Positions 45,300-54,320 of a stretch of DNA of 64,000 nucleotides are shown one piece after another. Position 1 is the first letter of the stretch. Every line of letters starts with the position of its first letter. The position numbers were made by a program, and so were the translations under genes. Under the pieces are notes generated by a model. The model was given only the letters and a program-made list of their open reading frames with translations, was not told the origin of the DNA and made no database searches. The stretch comes from Clostridiales bacterium (GTDB taxonomy: Bacteria; Bacillota; Clostridia; Christensenellales; UBA1242): positions 169,774 through 233,773 of the forward strand of contig SVHM01000001.1 in the NCBI GenBank assembly GCA_015055815.1. Direction: 5' to 3'.

Positions 45300-47894
45300 A
45301 TGAAAAAAATACTGCTTGCCTTAATAATACTTGCAACAGCTGTTTTTGTTGCTCCTTTTTCATATAAAGTACAAGCAGAAGAAAGTATAAAAATTGAAAC
45401 TTTATATCCATCTTACATAAAAAATGAAAAGATTGAAAAAGTCATAGAATATGCCGACCTTACCGATATTTCACTCATGACAACAGACAATAATTATATT
45501 GCATACGCATCAAATGACAAGTTAAATATATTTGATAATTCGAATAAAACAACTAAAGAAGTTGCCAACATAGAAAAAATTAAAAAGATAAAATTTTTCA
45601 ATTATTCTATTATTTGTGCATCAAATAATACAATTAACTTAATAAATCCACAAAATGCAACCAACACCCTAACTCTTTCTGAAATTTCCTATTCAGATAA
45701 TGCAAAAGTTAATTTTTATTTTGATAGCAACACTCTTTTTATTGGAATAATAGATACACATTTATATATATATAAGATAAATATTACAAATAATGATATA
45801 TCAAATTCGGATATAATAAAGAAATCAGTTGAATTGAATTTATCAGAACATACACCATTTGCACTAACATTAAATCATGATTTTTGTTATATTTTAAGCG
45901 AAAATAATGATAAATCAAACACAGCCGACCCAATTTATTTATGTAAAGTTAATATTTCAACAGGCAATATCGCAAAAGAAGAAGGATTTAAAAAAGACGC
46001 TAAATTAATTGAAGTATTTAATTATAACGGTAACGATTACTTTATTACATTTATTAACGATTTATTTATTCTAGATAGTAATTTGAATGAGATTATAAGA
46101 ATTTCTACTAGTTCAAAAAAATCAAACAATAGCGATATTTTCAATTTCCCACTTGGCACTCAAATTGATAGCAATTTCCCTATTCAATCAATTTCTGATG
46201 TTCAAGTGTTAAATAATAAACTATTTGTTTGCGATAGTGACCACAAAATAATAGGCGAATTTAACTTAAGTCTCGATAAAGATACAAACAAAATCAAATT
46301 AGTATCAAATAAAGTTTTAATTTCTAGTTCAAACTCAGATATAGGTAGATTTGATAATGTAAACAACATTTATCATTATAGTAATAAAATATATATTTCA
46401 GATACCAATAATAATAGAATACAGATTATTGACAATGAAACATCAAATATAGACTGCATTAAAAATACTAATATAAAGCAAGTAGCAGTCGACAAAAACG
46501 GACATATATTTTATATTTCAACAGACAATTCAAACACAGTTAATAAATATATATCTGAAGAAGAAACAACTTCAATAAATAAATATAAATCAAGTTTATT
46601 TGGTGAAATTATACAATTAGAATTAGATAACACAAATAAACTTTATTTACTTGATTATACACACAAAAAAATATATATATTTACAACAGATTTTGAATTT
46701 GAAAAATATATATCACTACCAACCATAACAAACAATGCAAAACTTGAATATGTTAAAGATATTAATAAATTAGTTTTACTAGATAACAATGTATTATATT
46801 TAGTTAACGAAGCCGACTTTAGTAGTAGTACAACTTTCACATTAAATAACTGCACAGATATAACTACAGGACTATCACAAATATTCGCTTTAAATGGAAA
46901 TAAAATTGAGATTATTTCAGCAAAAGATGGCGCATTTACTAAAAAACAAACTATAGAAAATAATCATTTTGATAACTTTAGTACAATTTCTTATGATATT
47001 GCAAACGGAAAACTTTATGGTTTTAACATAAAAAGACAATGCTTAGAATTTATTTCACTAGACACCAATTTACCATTTGACAACTCAAGCATTTCAAATG
47101 AAGTAGCATTAGAAATAAAAAATCAAGCAAAACCACTAACTTCACTAAATACAAGTGCAATTTATCAATATCCTTATAATTTAGGCACATGCTATCATAC
47201 AAATGAAATAGTTGACGTAATTGCAATTGAAGAATTTGATATATATTACAAAGTGTTACTTAATTATAACGACACTGCAACCGTCGGATATGTAGAAAAA
47301 GAAGAAGCAAATGTAATAAAAATTACTAGCGATCCCGTTTCTGTAAGAGTTACCAATCCACAAATACCAGTTTATAAATACCCAACTCTACTTGCATATG
47401 GCAGTTCAGCTATTACAGTTGACACTCTTGATCTAAACACTATTATTACATTGTCAGCTCAATTCCCAGTAAGCATTGACGGAAAAGACTTCTACATATA
47501 TATTTATGGTGATAAATTTGGATATATATTTAGTGCAGACGTAGTATTAAGTACCGGCAATAATCTAACTTATTTCCACAATGAAAACGCAACAATAAAC
47601 TCGTTTAACGAAAGTAGTGTAACTGTTTACAATGAAGATTTAACAACCAAAGTTGACGATATCGCCAACAATAAAAGAATATATGTAGAAAACTTTGATA
47701 AAAAATCAGAGTGGACACAAATCATTTATAAAACTGATAACAATCAAGAAAAAATTGGTTATATAAAGACAGAATATATCAATATGGACGGTCTTGCATC
47801 AAATCAAATAATTCTTATTGTTGTAATGAGCATTTCAATTATATTACTAATATCAATTATAACCGTTTACTTCGTTATAAAAAAGAAAAAATAA
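45300..47894 (+). CDS. large surface protein: signal peptide, NHL/beta-propeller-like repeats, three SH3b-like domains, C-terminal TM anchor
   Basis: 864 aa. Strong Shine-Dalgarno GAAAGGAGAG. Leader ILLALIILATAVFVAPFSYKVQA. NHL-like motifs LFVCDSDHKIIGEF, YISDTNNNRIQIID, LYLLDYTHKKIYIF. SH3b-like VGYVEKEE, FGYIFSADV, IGYIKTEYI. C-terminal IILIVVMSISIILLISIITVYFVIKKKK. Confidence 0.65.
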   Translation: MKKILLALIILATAVFVAPFSYKVQAEESIKIETLYPSYIKNEKIEKVIEYADLTDISLMTTDNNYIAYASNDKLNIFDNSNKTTKEVANIEKIKKIKFFNYSIICASNNTINLINPQNATNTLTLSEISYSDNAKVNFYFDSNTLFIGIIDTHLYIYKINITNNDISNSDIIKKSVELNLSEHTPFALTLNHDFCYILSENNDKSNTADPIYLCKVNISTGNIAKEEGFKKDAKLIEVFNYNGNDYFITFINDLFILDSNLNEIIRISTSSKKSNNSDIFNFPLGTQIDSNFPIQSISDVQVLNNKLFVCDSDHKIIGEFNLSLDKDTNKIKLVSNKVLISSSNSDIGRFDNVNNIYHYSNKIYISDTNNNRIQIIDNETSNIDCIKNTNIKQVAVDKNGHIFYISTDNSNTVNKYISEEETTSINKYKSSLFGEIIQLELDNTNKLYLLDYTHKKIYIFTTDFEFEKYISLPTITNNAKLEYVKDINKLVLLDNNVLYLVNEADFSSSTTFTLNNCTDITTGLSQIFALNGNKIEIISAKDGAFTKKQTIENNHFDNFSTISYDIANGKLYGFNIKRQCLEFISLDTNLPFDNSSISNEVALEIKNQAKPLTSLNTSAIYQYPYNLGTCYHTNEIVDVIAIEEFDIYYKVLLNYNDTATVGYVEKEEANVIKITSDPVSVRVTNPQIPVYKYPTLLAYGSSAITVDTLDLNTIITLSAQFPVSIDGKDFYIYIYGDKFGYIFSADVVLSTGNNLTYFHNENATINSFNESSVTVYNEDLTTKVDDIANNKRIYVENFDKKSEWTQIIYKTDNNQEKIGYIKTEYINMDGLASNQIILIVVMSISIILLISIITVYFVIKKKK

Positions 47895-47909
47895 ACTTGA
47901 AATTCAAGT

Positions 47910-48386
47910 TTATTTTTTTTCGTTATTTTCATCTTTTTTATCAGTTTGCATAGTATCATGCGTTTTTCTAAAAATATAAAAATAAATTATATATACAGAA
48001 GATGATACTAGGACAAAAAGAACAGATATTACAGGCAATAATATTCTAGTATTATCTAACTTATATACAATACCACTTGGGTCATTTTCATCATAAAAAA
48101 CATTTAATTTATCTTCAATATGATTTTTACTCTCATACTCTGTGGTATGCTTATACACAACATCCCTTACAGAATATTGCAAAACATCATATTCAATATT
48201 ATCAACAACAACATGGTCAACAACTTCTGCACGTACTTTTTTGAAATAACCATACTTATTGTTATAATCAATTTCCCAATAAATAGTAAATGCTATAAAT
48301 AACACCGACATCATAGCAAGTATTATCAAAATTAGCTTAAACTGATTTTGTCTTAATTTTTGTGTTTCATCAATAATTTTCTTCAT
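47910..48386 (-). CDS. membrane protein with TM-beta domain-TM topology (DUF3592-like)
   Basis: 158 aa. N-terminal TM LILIILAMMSVLFIAFTIYW, soluble beta-rich core, C-terminal TM LLPVISVLFVLVSSSVYIIYFYIF. Confidence 0.5.
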   Translation of the reverse strand: MKKIIDETQKLRQNQFKLILIILAMMSVLFIAFTIYWEIDYNNKYGYFKKVRAEVVDHVVVDNIEYDVLQYSVRDVVYKHTTEYESKNHIEDKLNVFYDENDPSGIVYKLDNTRILLPVISVLFVLVSSSVYIIYFYIFRKTHDTMQTDKKDENNEKK

Positions 48387-48448
48387 ATTTCACCTATAAA
48401 TAGAATACCACATAAATAACTTTTTATCAATTAAACACAAAATAAAAT

Positions 48449-49126
48449 TTATCTAACATAATAATTTTCTAAAACACCTACAGTAGTTTCCATTGTATCA
48501 ACATCCACTTCTTCTTTAATAAGTTCAATTTTATTTAAACTAACTTCATAAGCAGTTTTTGTTATCAATTCATCATTAACCTTTTTCTGATAATCTCTAC
48601 TTTGAATACGTCCTTGAACTACAACCTTGTCACCTATATTAAAGTTTTTTACAAATCTTGCATTCCTTCCCCAAGCTATACAAGGCAAATAATCACTCTT
48701 ATTATAACATCTATTTACAGCAAGTAACACATCAGATATTTCTCTCTTAAAAGGTGTTGTTCTAAATACTGGCTCTTTACAAACATATCCCACAATCTCT
48801 ATATGATTAGGATTATCATTTTCATTATAAGGCATCAATTCTCTCAAGAAAACAGTTAGCATAAGTTTACTCTTACCATCTACAAGTTTATTATAACTTC
48901 TAAATTGACCACTTCCACTTATCATATCCCCTTTACTAATTGGATATTCCTGCAAAAGCCTTTCACTAATTGTAACAGGGATTATATCATAAGTGTCCGA
49001 TAGTCTTGTTACCTTCAAATCAAACTCATAAAAACCTTCATTACAAATAGAGTGAGTAAACTCCAACTCACTAACAACTTCTCCAGATATATTTACTTTG
49101 TTATTTTTCATTAGGTCGTAATCCAT
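48449..49126 (-). CDS. tandem OB-fold single-stranded DNA-binding protein paralogue
   Basis: 225 aa. The second half, NHIEIVGYVCKEPVFRTTP...LLAVNR...CIAWGRNARFV..GDKVVVQGRIQSRDYQ, follows the canonical SSB pattern. The first half shows the same pattern more weakly (NKVNISGEVV...KGDMISGSGQFRSYN). No acidic DDxPF tip. Confidence 0.6.
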   Translation of the reverse strand: MDYDLMKNNKVNISGEVVSELEFTHSICNEGFYEFDLKVTRLSDTYDIIPVTISERLLQEYPISKGDMISGSGQFRSYNKLVDGKSKLMLTVFLRELMPYNENDNPNHIEIVGYVCKEPVFRTTPFKREISDVLLAVNRCYNKSDYLPCIAWGRNARFVKNFNIGDKVVVQGRIQSRDYQKKVNDELITKTAYEVSLNKIELIKEEVDVDTMETTVGVLENYYVR

Positions 49127-49145
49127 TATTCATCTCCTTAAAAAT

Positions 49146-49910
49146 TTAATTTTTTCTTTGTACCCCTAAATTATCTATATAGTAATTATCTTGATATATA
49201 AGCTCTCCTACAGACACTACTTCATAACCAGCATTAATAAGTCTTTCTAATATTAATGGTAAACCATCAAGGATATTATCTGAATTGTTGTGACAAAGTA
49301 TAATACTTCCGTTTTTTACTTTACTCATTACTCTTTCACACATTTCAACACCACTTAAGCCTTTCCAGTCAAGCGTATCTACATCCCATTGTATTGTCTT
49401 TAACCCCATACTTTCTGTCAAATTAAGCATAGTATTATTATACGAGCCATAAGGTGCCCTAAACAACGTAACATCTTTACCAGTTACATTTTTTATAGTA
49501 TTTATACTAGTTTCCAATTCCAATCTCATCTGTTCTTCTGTAAGTTTAACAAAGTCAGGATGTGTATTGCTATGAGTTCCAATTTCGATATTTTGTTCAT
49601 CTATTAATTTAACCATGTCAGGATAATCTTCCACCCAAAAACCCACTGTAAAAAATGTTGCACCAACATTATACTCTTTTAGCGTTTCTAGAATTTTAAC
49701 TGTCTTATCTGCACCCCACGCAGTATCAAAAGTAATTGCAACACGTTTTTCATCAGTATCAACAGAATAAATAGGAACTAGCCTTGGAGCATTTCCAAAG
49801 AACACACTAGCACTCGCACCACCGCCAATATCTAATGATAATAATATCATACTTACAATAACAACTAGCGATAAAATTAAACCCCTTTTCTTAATTACTA
49901 CAAACTTCAT
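49146..49910 (-). CDS. polysaccharide deacetylase (NodB domain), PdaB-like
   Basis: 254 aa. N-terminal TM, then ITFDTAWG, FFTVGFW, GTHSNTHPDF, LFRAPYGSY NodB motifs. Confidence 0.8.
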   Translation of the reverse strand: MKFVVIKKRGLILSLVVIVSMILLSLDIGGGASASVFFGNAPRLVPIYSVDTDEKRVAITFDTAWGADKTVKILETLKEYNVGATFFTVGFWVEDYPDMVKLIDEQNIEIGTHSNTHPDFVKLTEEQMRLELETSINTIKNVTGKDVTLFRAPYGSYNNTMLNLTESMGLKTIQWDVDTLDWKGLSGVEMCERVMSKVKNGSIILCHNNSDNILDGLPLILERLINAGYEVVSVGELIYQDNYYIDNLGVQRKN

Positions 49911-50104
49911 TTAAGCACTCCTTTATTATATAATTATTTGTTTTTTTAGCCCATTTATTTGCATTTCTAATTTTGTTTGATTTAATCTAATTTTGTCGTA
50001 CAATAAAACACTTAGAAAAATACAATATTTACATATAGTAATTTATTAATAGAAAACAATTTTTAGAACAGAAAACACAATCTAAAAATCAAACCCAAAA
50101 CAAA

Positions 50105-50136
50105 ATAAAAAAAGTTGGAACAACAAAATCCAACTT
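50105..50136 (-). terminator. terminator after the 330-aa ORF
   Basis: Minus strand reads AAGTTGGA-9 nt-TCCAACTT followed by TTTTTTT. Confidence 0.65.
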
Positions 50137-50172
50137 TTATGATTTACCTAAGAATTTTTCAAACCATATTTT

Positions 50173-51165
50173 CTATTCAATAATATCATTTCCCATATCA
50201 TAAATAACTTGACCGCAACTTTCGAAAATTTGCTTTTGTTCAAGAGCATTGTCTTTAACTTCATTGATTAATTTTAAGTAATTTTGCGGAACATTTTTCT
50301 TTCTTTTCTTATAATTTCTTATAACTGCATCTAATACTACATTCATATGTTCATAAAGTGCATCAAATTCTACATCTAAAGGAAAGATCATATTCTCACC
50401 TTTTGAAGAATCTGCCATAATTACATTGTTTCTAAACCAATGTAATTTAAGCATATTTTTAATAATCCAGTCTAATTTTTCATCATTACTACCAGCTTCA
50501 ATATATCCAGTAACATCTCCACAATTATAAATCCCTAATGACGAACCATTAAAATCTCGACCTTTGAAAATCACTTCGCCTTTATTTTGCATTTTTAAAA
50601 ATTCATCTTCTTGCAATTCAGAAGGTATGACAAAAGATTCTACAATAAGAATTTTACCACTTAAAATCAATTCTATAATTTCTTCGTTCGTATAACATCT
50701 ATTCTCGTCTATTTCAAATTTATTTGTTTGTATTAAGTGACACAACTGCATAAAATAATTTTTATTATCGACCAAAGAGTTAATTAAAGAAGAATTATAT
50801 TTTCCTTCAATTAGATTTTCTTGATTAGCATTATTAAAATTATCAATAAATTGAGAAACACTGTCATAGTAATATTCGTTAGTTTTTATAGTAATTAAAT
50901 TGTCTTTATTATATGAAGACAAAACTTCTTCATTAAAATACTTGAACATACGAGCAAAAGCAAAAAAATCCAATCCTTCAACTTTTAAAAACTTTTCCAT
51001 AAACTCATAATCGCTTACTCCATTATCAAATTGATGCTCTTTAAACCAATTAATTTGCTTCATCCCATTAACACAATGTTTCATATAACTTTCAAAACTT
51101 TTGAAATCTTTGATAAAATTATTAGCAAGTATAAGTGGATTCTTTTTCCAAGAAAATGTAGGCAT
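50173..51165 (-). CDS. hypothetical protein (330 aa, soluble)
   Basis: Intact ORF with its own terminator. No motif recognised. Confidence 0.5.
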   Translation of the reverse strand: MPTFSWKKNPLILANNFIKDFKSFESYMKHCVNGMKQINWFKEHQFDNGVSDYEFMEKFLKVEGLDFFAFARMFKYFNEEVLSSYNKDNLITIKTNEYYYDSVSQFIDNFNNANQENLIEGKYNSSLINSLVDNKNYFMQLCHLIQTNKFEIDENRCYTNEEIIELILSGKILIVESFVIPSELQEDEFLKMQNKGEVIFKGRDFNGSSLGIYNCGDVTGYIEAGSNDEKLDWIIKNMLKLHWFRNNVIMADSSKGENMIFPLDVEFDALYEHMNVVLDAVIRNYKKRKKNVPQNYLKLINEVKDNALEQKQIFESCGQVIYDMGNDIIE

Positions 51166-51226
51166 AATTTCTCCTTATTAATTAAAAAGAATTATATCAA
51201 ATGAAATATACTTTGTCAATATCCAC

Positions 51227-51254
51227 AAAAAAACACTCTTCAAATTTGAAGAGT
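51227..51254 (-). terminator. terminator after parC
   Basis: ACTCTTCAA-at-TTGAAGAGT palindrome followed on the minus strand by TTTTTTT. Confidence 0.65.
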
Positions 51255-51284
51255 ATTTTTATAATCATATTCGGTGTAATATTC

Positions 51285-54200
51285 TTATTTACTTTCAACA
51301 AATTGATAAACTTGCTTAATCTTATCCTTAACAACAACCTTACCAGCACCAACCCTTGTATCTAAAGGCATACTATTATTTCTAACAAATACTAATTTAT
51401 CTTTGTTATTAAGTACCGCATAATTTGTTTTTGTAGATAATTTTCCAGCAAACACAATGCTAGTATTTTTAGATTTTGAGTTTATAAAGTTAAGACCCTT
51501 TCTATTTCTAGCCGACTCTTGAATTTCTGATTGTTTAACAATTTTAGCTGAACCATCAGACATAAACAATGTTACAGCATCACTAATAGATGTCTGAATT
51601 GCACCAACAACAAAGTCTCCCTTATCAAGAGCAATTCCCTTAACACCCGCACTAGTTCTACCAGTTACAGACATATCTGACATATCAAGTTTCACAGCAT
51701 TACCTAAACTAGTAAACAATGTCAAAGCTTTATCTTGATTAAACACGTCAACCATAATAAGTTCATCATTTTTAGATAGTTTAATGCCAGCAATAACTGA
51801 TTTTGTAGAATTATACTCACTCATTTTTGAAACTTTAATCATTCCAAGTTTAGTTACGAATATAAGCTCAGCATCTTCCATTGAATTATCAAATTCAAGC
51901 ATACTTACAATATTTTCTTTTGCGTCAATATTTTTAGATAAATTAAATAATGGAGTTCCCTTATCTCTAAATTTACATTCATGTATTGATGTAACAGGTA
52001 TTTTAATACAATTACCAATATTAGTAAATACGTGAACATCTTTATTATTATCAATTTTGAAACTAATTGCAGGAATTTCACTAAGCGTTGGAGCAGAACT
52101 AAGTTCTTTAACAACTAATTTATAACTCTTTAAATTTATCGTCTTTAAAGTATTAGCAGGAGTTGATATTAAGTGGAAAGTTTCAATATCTTCATCTTCT
52201 TCTTCAATTTTTTGAAGAATTGAAGAACTATCAACAAAATGTTCTTCTGCACTTAAAAACTTTGATTTTCTAGGAGAGCCGTAATTCTTTGCAATTTCCA
52301 TAAGTTCAGTTTTTACAACTTTCATTTGAAGTGCTGGACTTTTAATAATAGCAGTATATCTTTTAATCAAATCTCTAAGTCTATTAAGGTCAGTTATAAG
52401 TTTATTTACTTCCAAACTTGTAAGTCTAGCAAGTCTCATGTCTAGAATTGCTTGAGCCTGAATTTCAGAAAGTTCAAATGTTTTTATAAGGGTTATTTTT
52501 GCATCTGTAACATTTTTACTATTTTTAATTATCTTTACAACTTCATCAATATTACGTATTGCTATTAATAAACCTTCTAAAATATGCTCTTTCTTTAACG
52601 CTTGCTCTAAATCATAATTAGTTCTATTATAAATAACTTTTTGTTGATAATTTACATAATATTCAAGAATTTCAATGAGCCCCATTTGCTTAGGTTTTCC
52701 ATCAGCAATTGCAACAATATTAGCATTAAATGTAGTTTGAACGTCGCAATATTTATATAAAAGATTAAGAATTGAGTTAATTTTAGCTTCTCTTTTTAAT
52801 TTAATAACAGCTCTTATACCCGTTTTATCCGACTCATCTACAATCTCTGCAATAGCGCTCATTGGTCCATTTGGATTGGCTTCTTTATACTTTGCAATCT
52901 TTTGAAGCATTGAAGATTTGTTTACTTGATACGGAATTTCAGTAATAACAATATTTTTCTTACCATTATCAGCATTCTCAATATTAATTTTTGATCTAAT
53001 GAAAATTCTACCCTTTCCTGTTGCATATACTTGTTCTAATTCAGAACTATCAAGTATATATGCTCCACTTGGAAAATCTGGAGCTGGCATTATTTTCATT
53101 AAATCTTTTAACTTAATATTTCTATTATCTATATAAGCACAAACCGCACTACACGCTTCCATCAAGTTGTGAGTTGGAATATTAGTAGCAAGACCAACAG
53201 CAATACCCTGACAACCATTAACAAGTAAATTTGGAAATCTTCCAGGTAACATATTAGGCTCTTTCAACCTATCATCAAAGTTTAAACTCCATGTAACCGT
53301 ATCTTTCTCCAAATCACGAAGCAATTCAAGAGCAAGTGGAGTAAGTTTTGATTCTGTATATCTCATTGCAGCAGCAGAGTCACCATCAATAGAGCCAAAG
53401 TTTCCGTTTCCGTCTACAAGTGGCTCACCCATGTTAAATGGTTGTGCCATTCTTACAAGTGTATCATATATACTAGTATCTCCATGCGGGTGATATTTAC
53501 CCATACACTCACCAACTATACTAGCACTTTTCTTATATGGTCTATCTGGAAGTACTCCTACTTCAAGCATACTATATAGAACTCTTCTTTGAACGGGTTT
53601 TAAACCATCTTCAACTCTAGGCAACGCCCTATCCATAATAACAAATTCACTATAAGGTATCATGCTATCATGAATAGTTTGAGATAATGTCTTTGTAACA
53701 TAGTTAGTATTGTAATCTTCTAATGTTATATCTCTTTGCGCTTTCTTTCTTGTCTTTTTCAGAGTAGCGTCATCTTGTTCGTTAGCAATTCTTGAAAGAA
53801 CACTTTTCTTTTCTTTTAATTTTGGAAAATCATCATCAGTAGCATTAACTTTCTCTTTAATTTCTTCTTTAGGTTCTTCAACTTCTTCTAAATTTTCTTC
53901 AACTTTAGGAGTTTCAACTTTTTTCGTTTTTGTAGTTTTTTCTGTTTTTGTAGTTTTCTCAGCCTTTACTGGCTTTTCTTCTTCTATTTTTACTTCAACT
54001 TCTTTTGTTTTTGCAGATGCCTTTTTTGTAGGTTTTGCCTCTTTATCTATAGTTTCTTCAACAACTTCAGTCTTTCTTGAAGTTTTTTGAATGTTTTTAA
54101 TTTTAGAAAGTTGAGATAGTAAATCATCTGCCACACCTTTTGTTTCAGATTTTTCCTTTACTGAAACTTTTTTTTCTACTTTTTCATCAGAAGTAGACTT

Positions 54201-54320
54201 ATCTTTCTTTGCCGAAGACTTTTTAGCATCTTCAGAAAATAAATCTTTCTTTACACTACCTTTCTTTTTAGGAGAAGAAGATTGTACGTATTTATCAAAA
54301 AAATCATCATCTTTACTCAT
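51285..54320 (-). CDS. parC: DNA topoisomerase IV subunit A with a ~195-aa Lys/Glu-rich N-terminal extension
   Basis: 1011 aa. DRALPRVEDGLKPVQRRVLY, catalytic-Tyr motif AAMRYTE. No GyrA box (QRRGGKG) in the C-terminal beta-pinwheel region. TAATG start/stop overlap with parE. Confidence 0.8.
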   Translation of the reverse strand: MSKDDDFFDKYVQSSSPKKKGSVKKDLFSEDAKKSSAKKDKSTSDEKVEKKVSVKEKSETKGVADDLLSQLSKIKNIQKTSRKTEVVEETIDKEAKPTKKASAKTKEVEVKIEEEKPVKAEKTTKTEKTTKTKKVETPKVEENLEEVEEPKEEIKEKVNATDDDFPKLKEKKSVLSRIANEQDDATLKKTRKKAQRDITLEDYNTNYVTKTLSQTIHDSMIPYSEFVIMDRALPRVEDGLKPVQRRVLYSMLEVGVLPDRPYKKSASIVGECMGKYHPHGDTSIYDTLVRMAQPFNMGEPLVDGNGNFGSIDGDSAAAMRYTESKLTPLALELLRDLEKDTVTWSLNFDDRLKEPNMLPGRFPNLLVNGCQGIAVGLATNIPTHNLMEACSAVCAYIDNRNIKLKDLMKIMPAPDFPSGAYILDSSELEQVYATGKGRIFIRSKINIENADNGKKNIVITEIPYQVNKSSMLQKIAKYKEANPNGPMSAIAEIVDESDKTGIRAVIKLKREAKINSILNLLYKYCDVQTTFNANIVAIADGKPKQMGLIEILEYYVNYQQKVIYNRTNYDLEQALKKEHILEGLLIAIRNIDEVVKIIKNSKNVTDAKITLIKTFELSEIQAQAILDMRLARLTSLEVNKLITDLNRLRDLIKRYTAIIKSPALQMKVVKTELMEIAKNYGSPRKSKFLSAEEHFVDSSSILQKIEEEDEDIETFHLISTPANTLKTINLKSYKLVVKELSSAPTLSEIPAISFKIDNNKDVHVFTNIGNCIKIPVTSIHECKFRDKGTPLFNLSKNIDAKENIVSMLEFDNSMEDAELIFVTKLGMIKVSKMSEYNSTKSVIAGIKLSKNDELIMVDVFNQDKALTLFTSLGNAVKLDMSDMSVTGRTSAGVKGIALDKGDFVVGAIQTSISDAVTLFMSDGSAKIVKQSEIQESARNRKGLNFINSKSKNTSIVFAGKLSTKTNYAVLNNKDKLVFVRNNSMPLDTRVGAGKVVVKDKIKQVYQFVESK

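Noticed and set aside
34152-45300. Search for an integrase, recombinase or flanking att direct repeats around the phage-like block
   Set aside because: No ORF shows tyrosine- or serine-recombinase motifs. I could not find matching flanking repeats by eye, but a computational repeat search is needed before excluding att sites.
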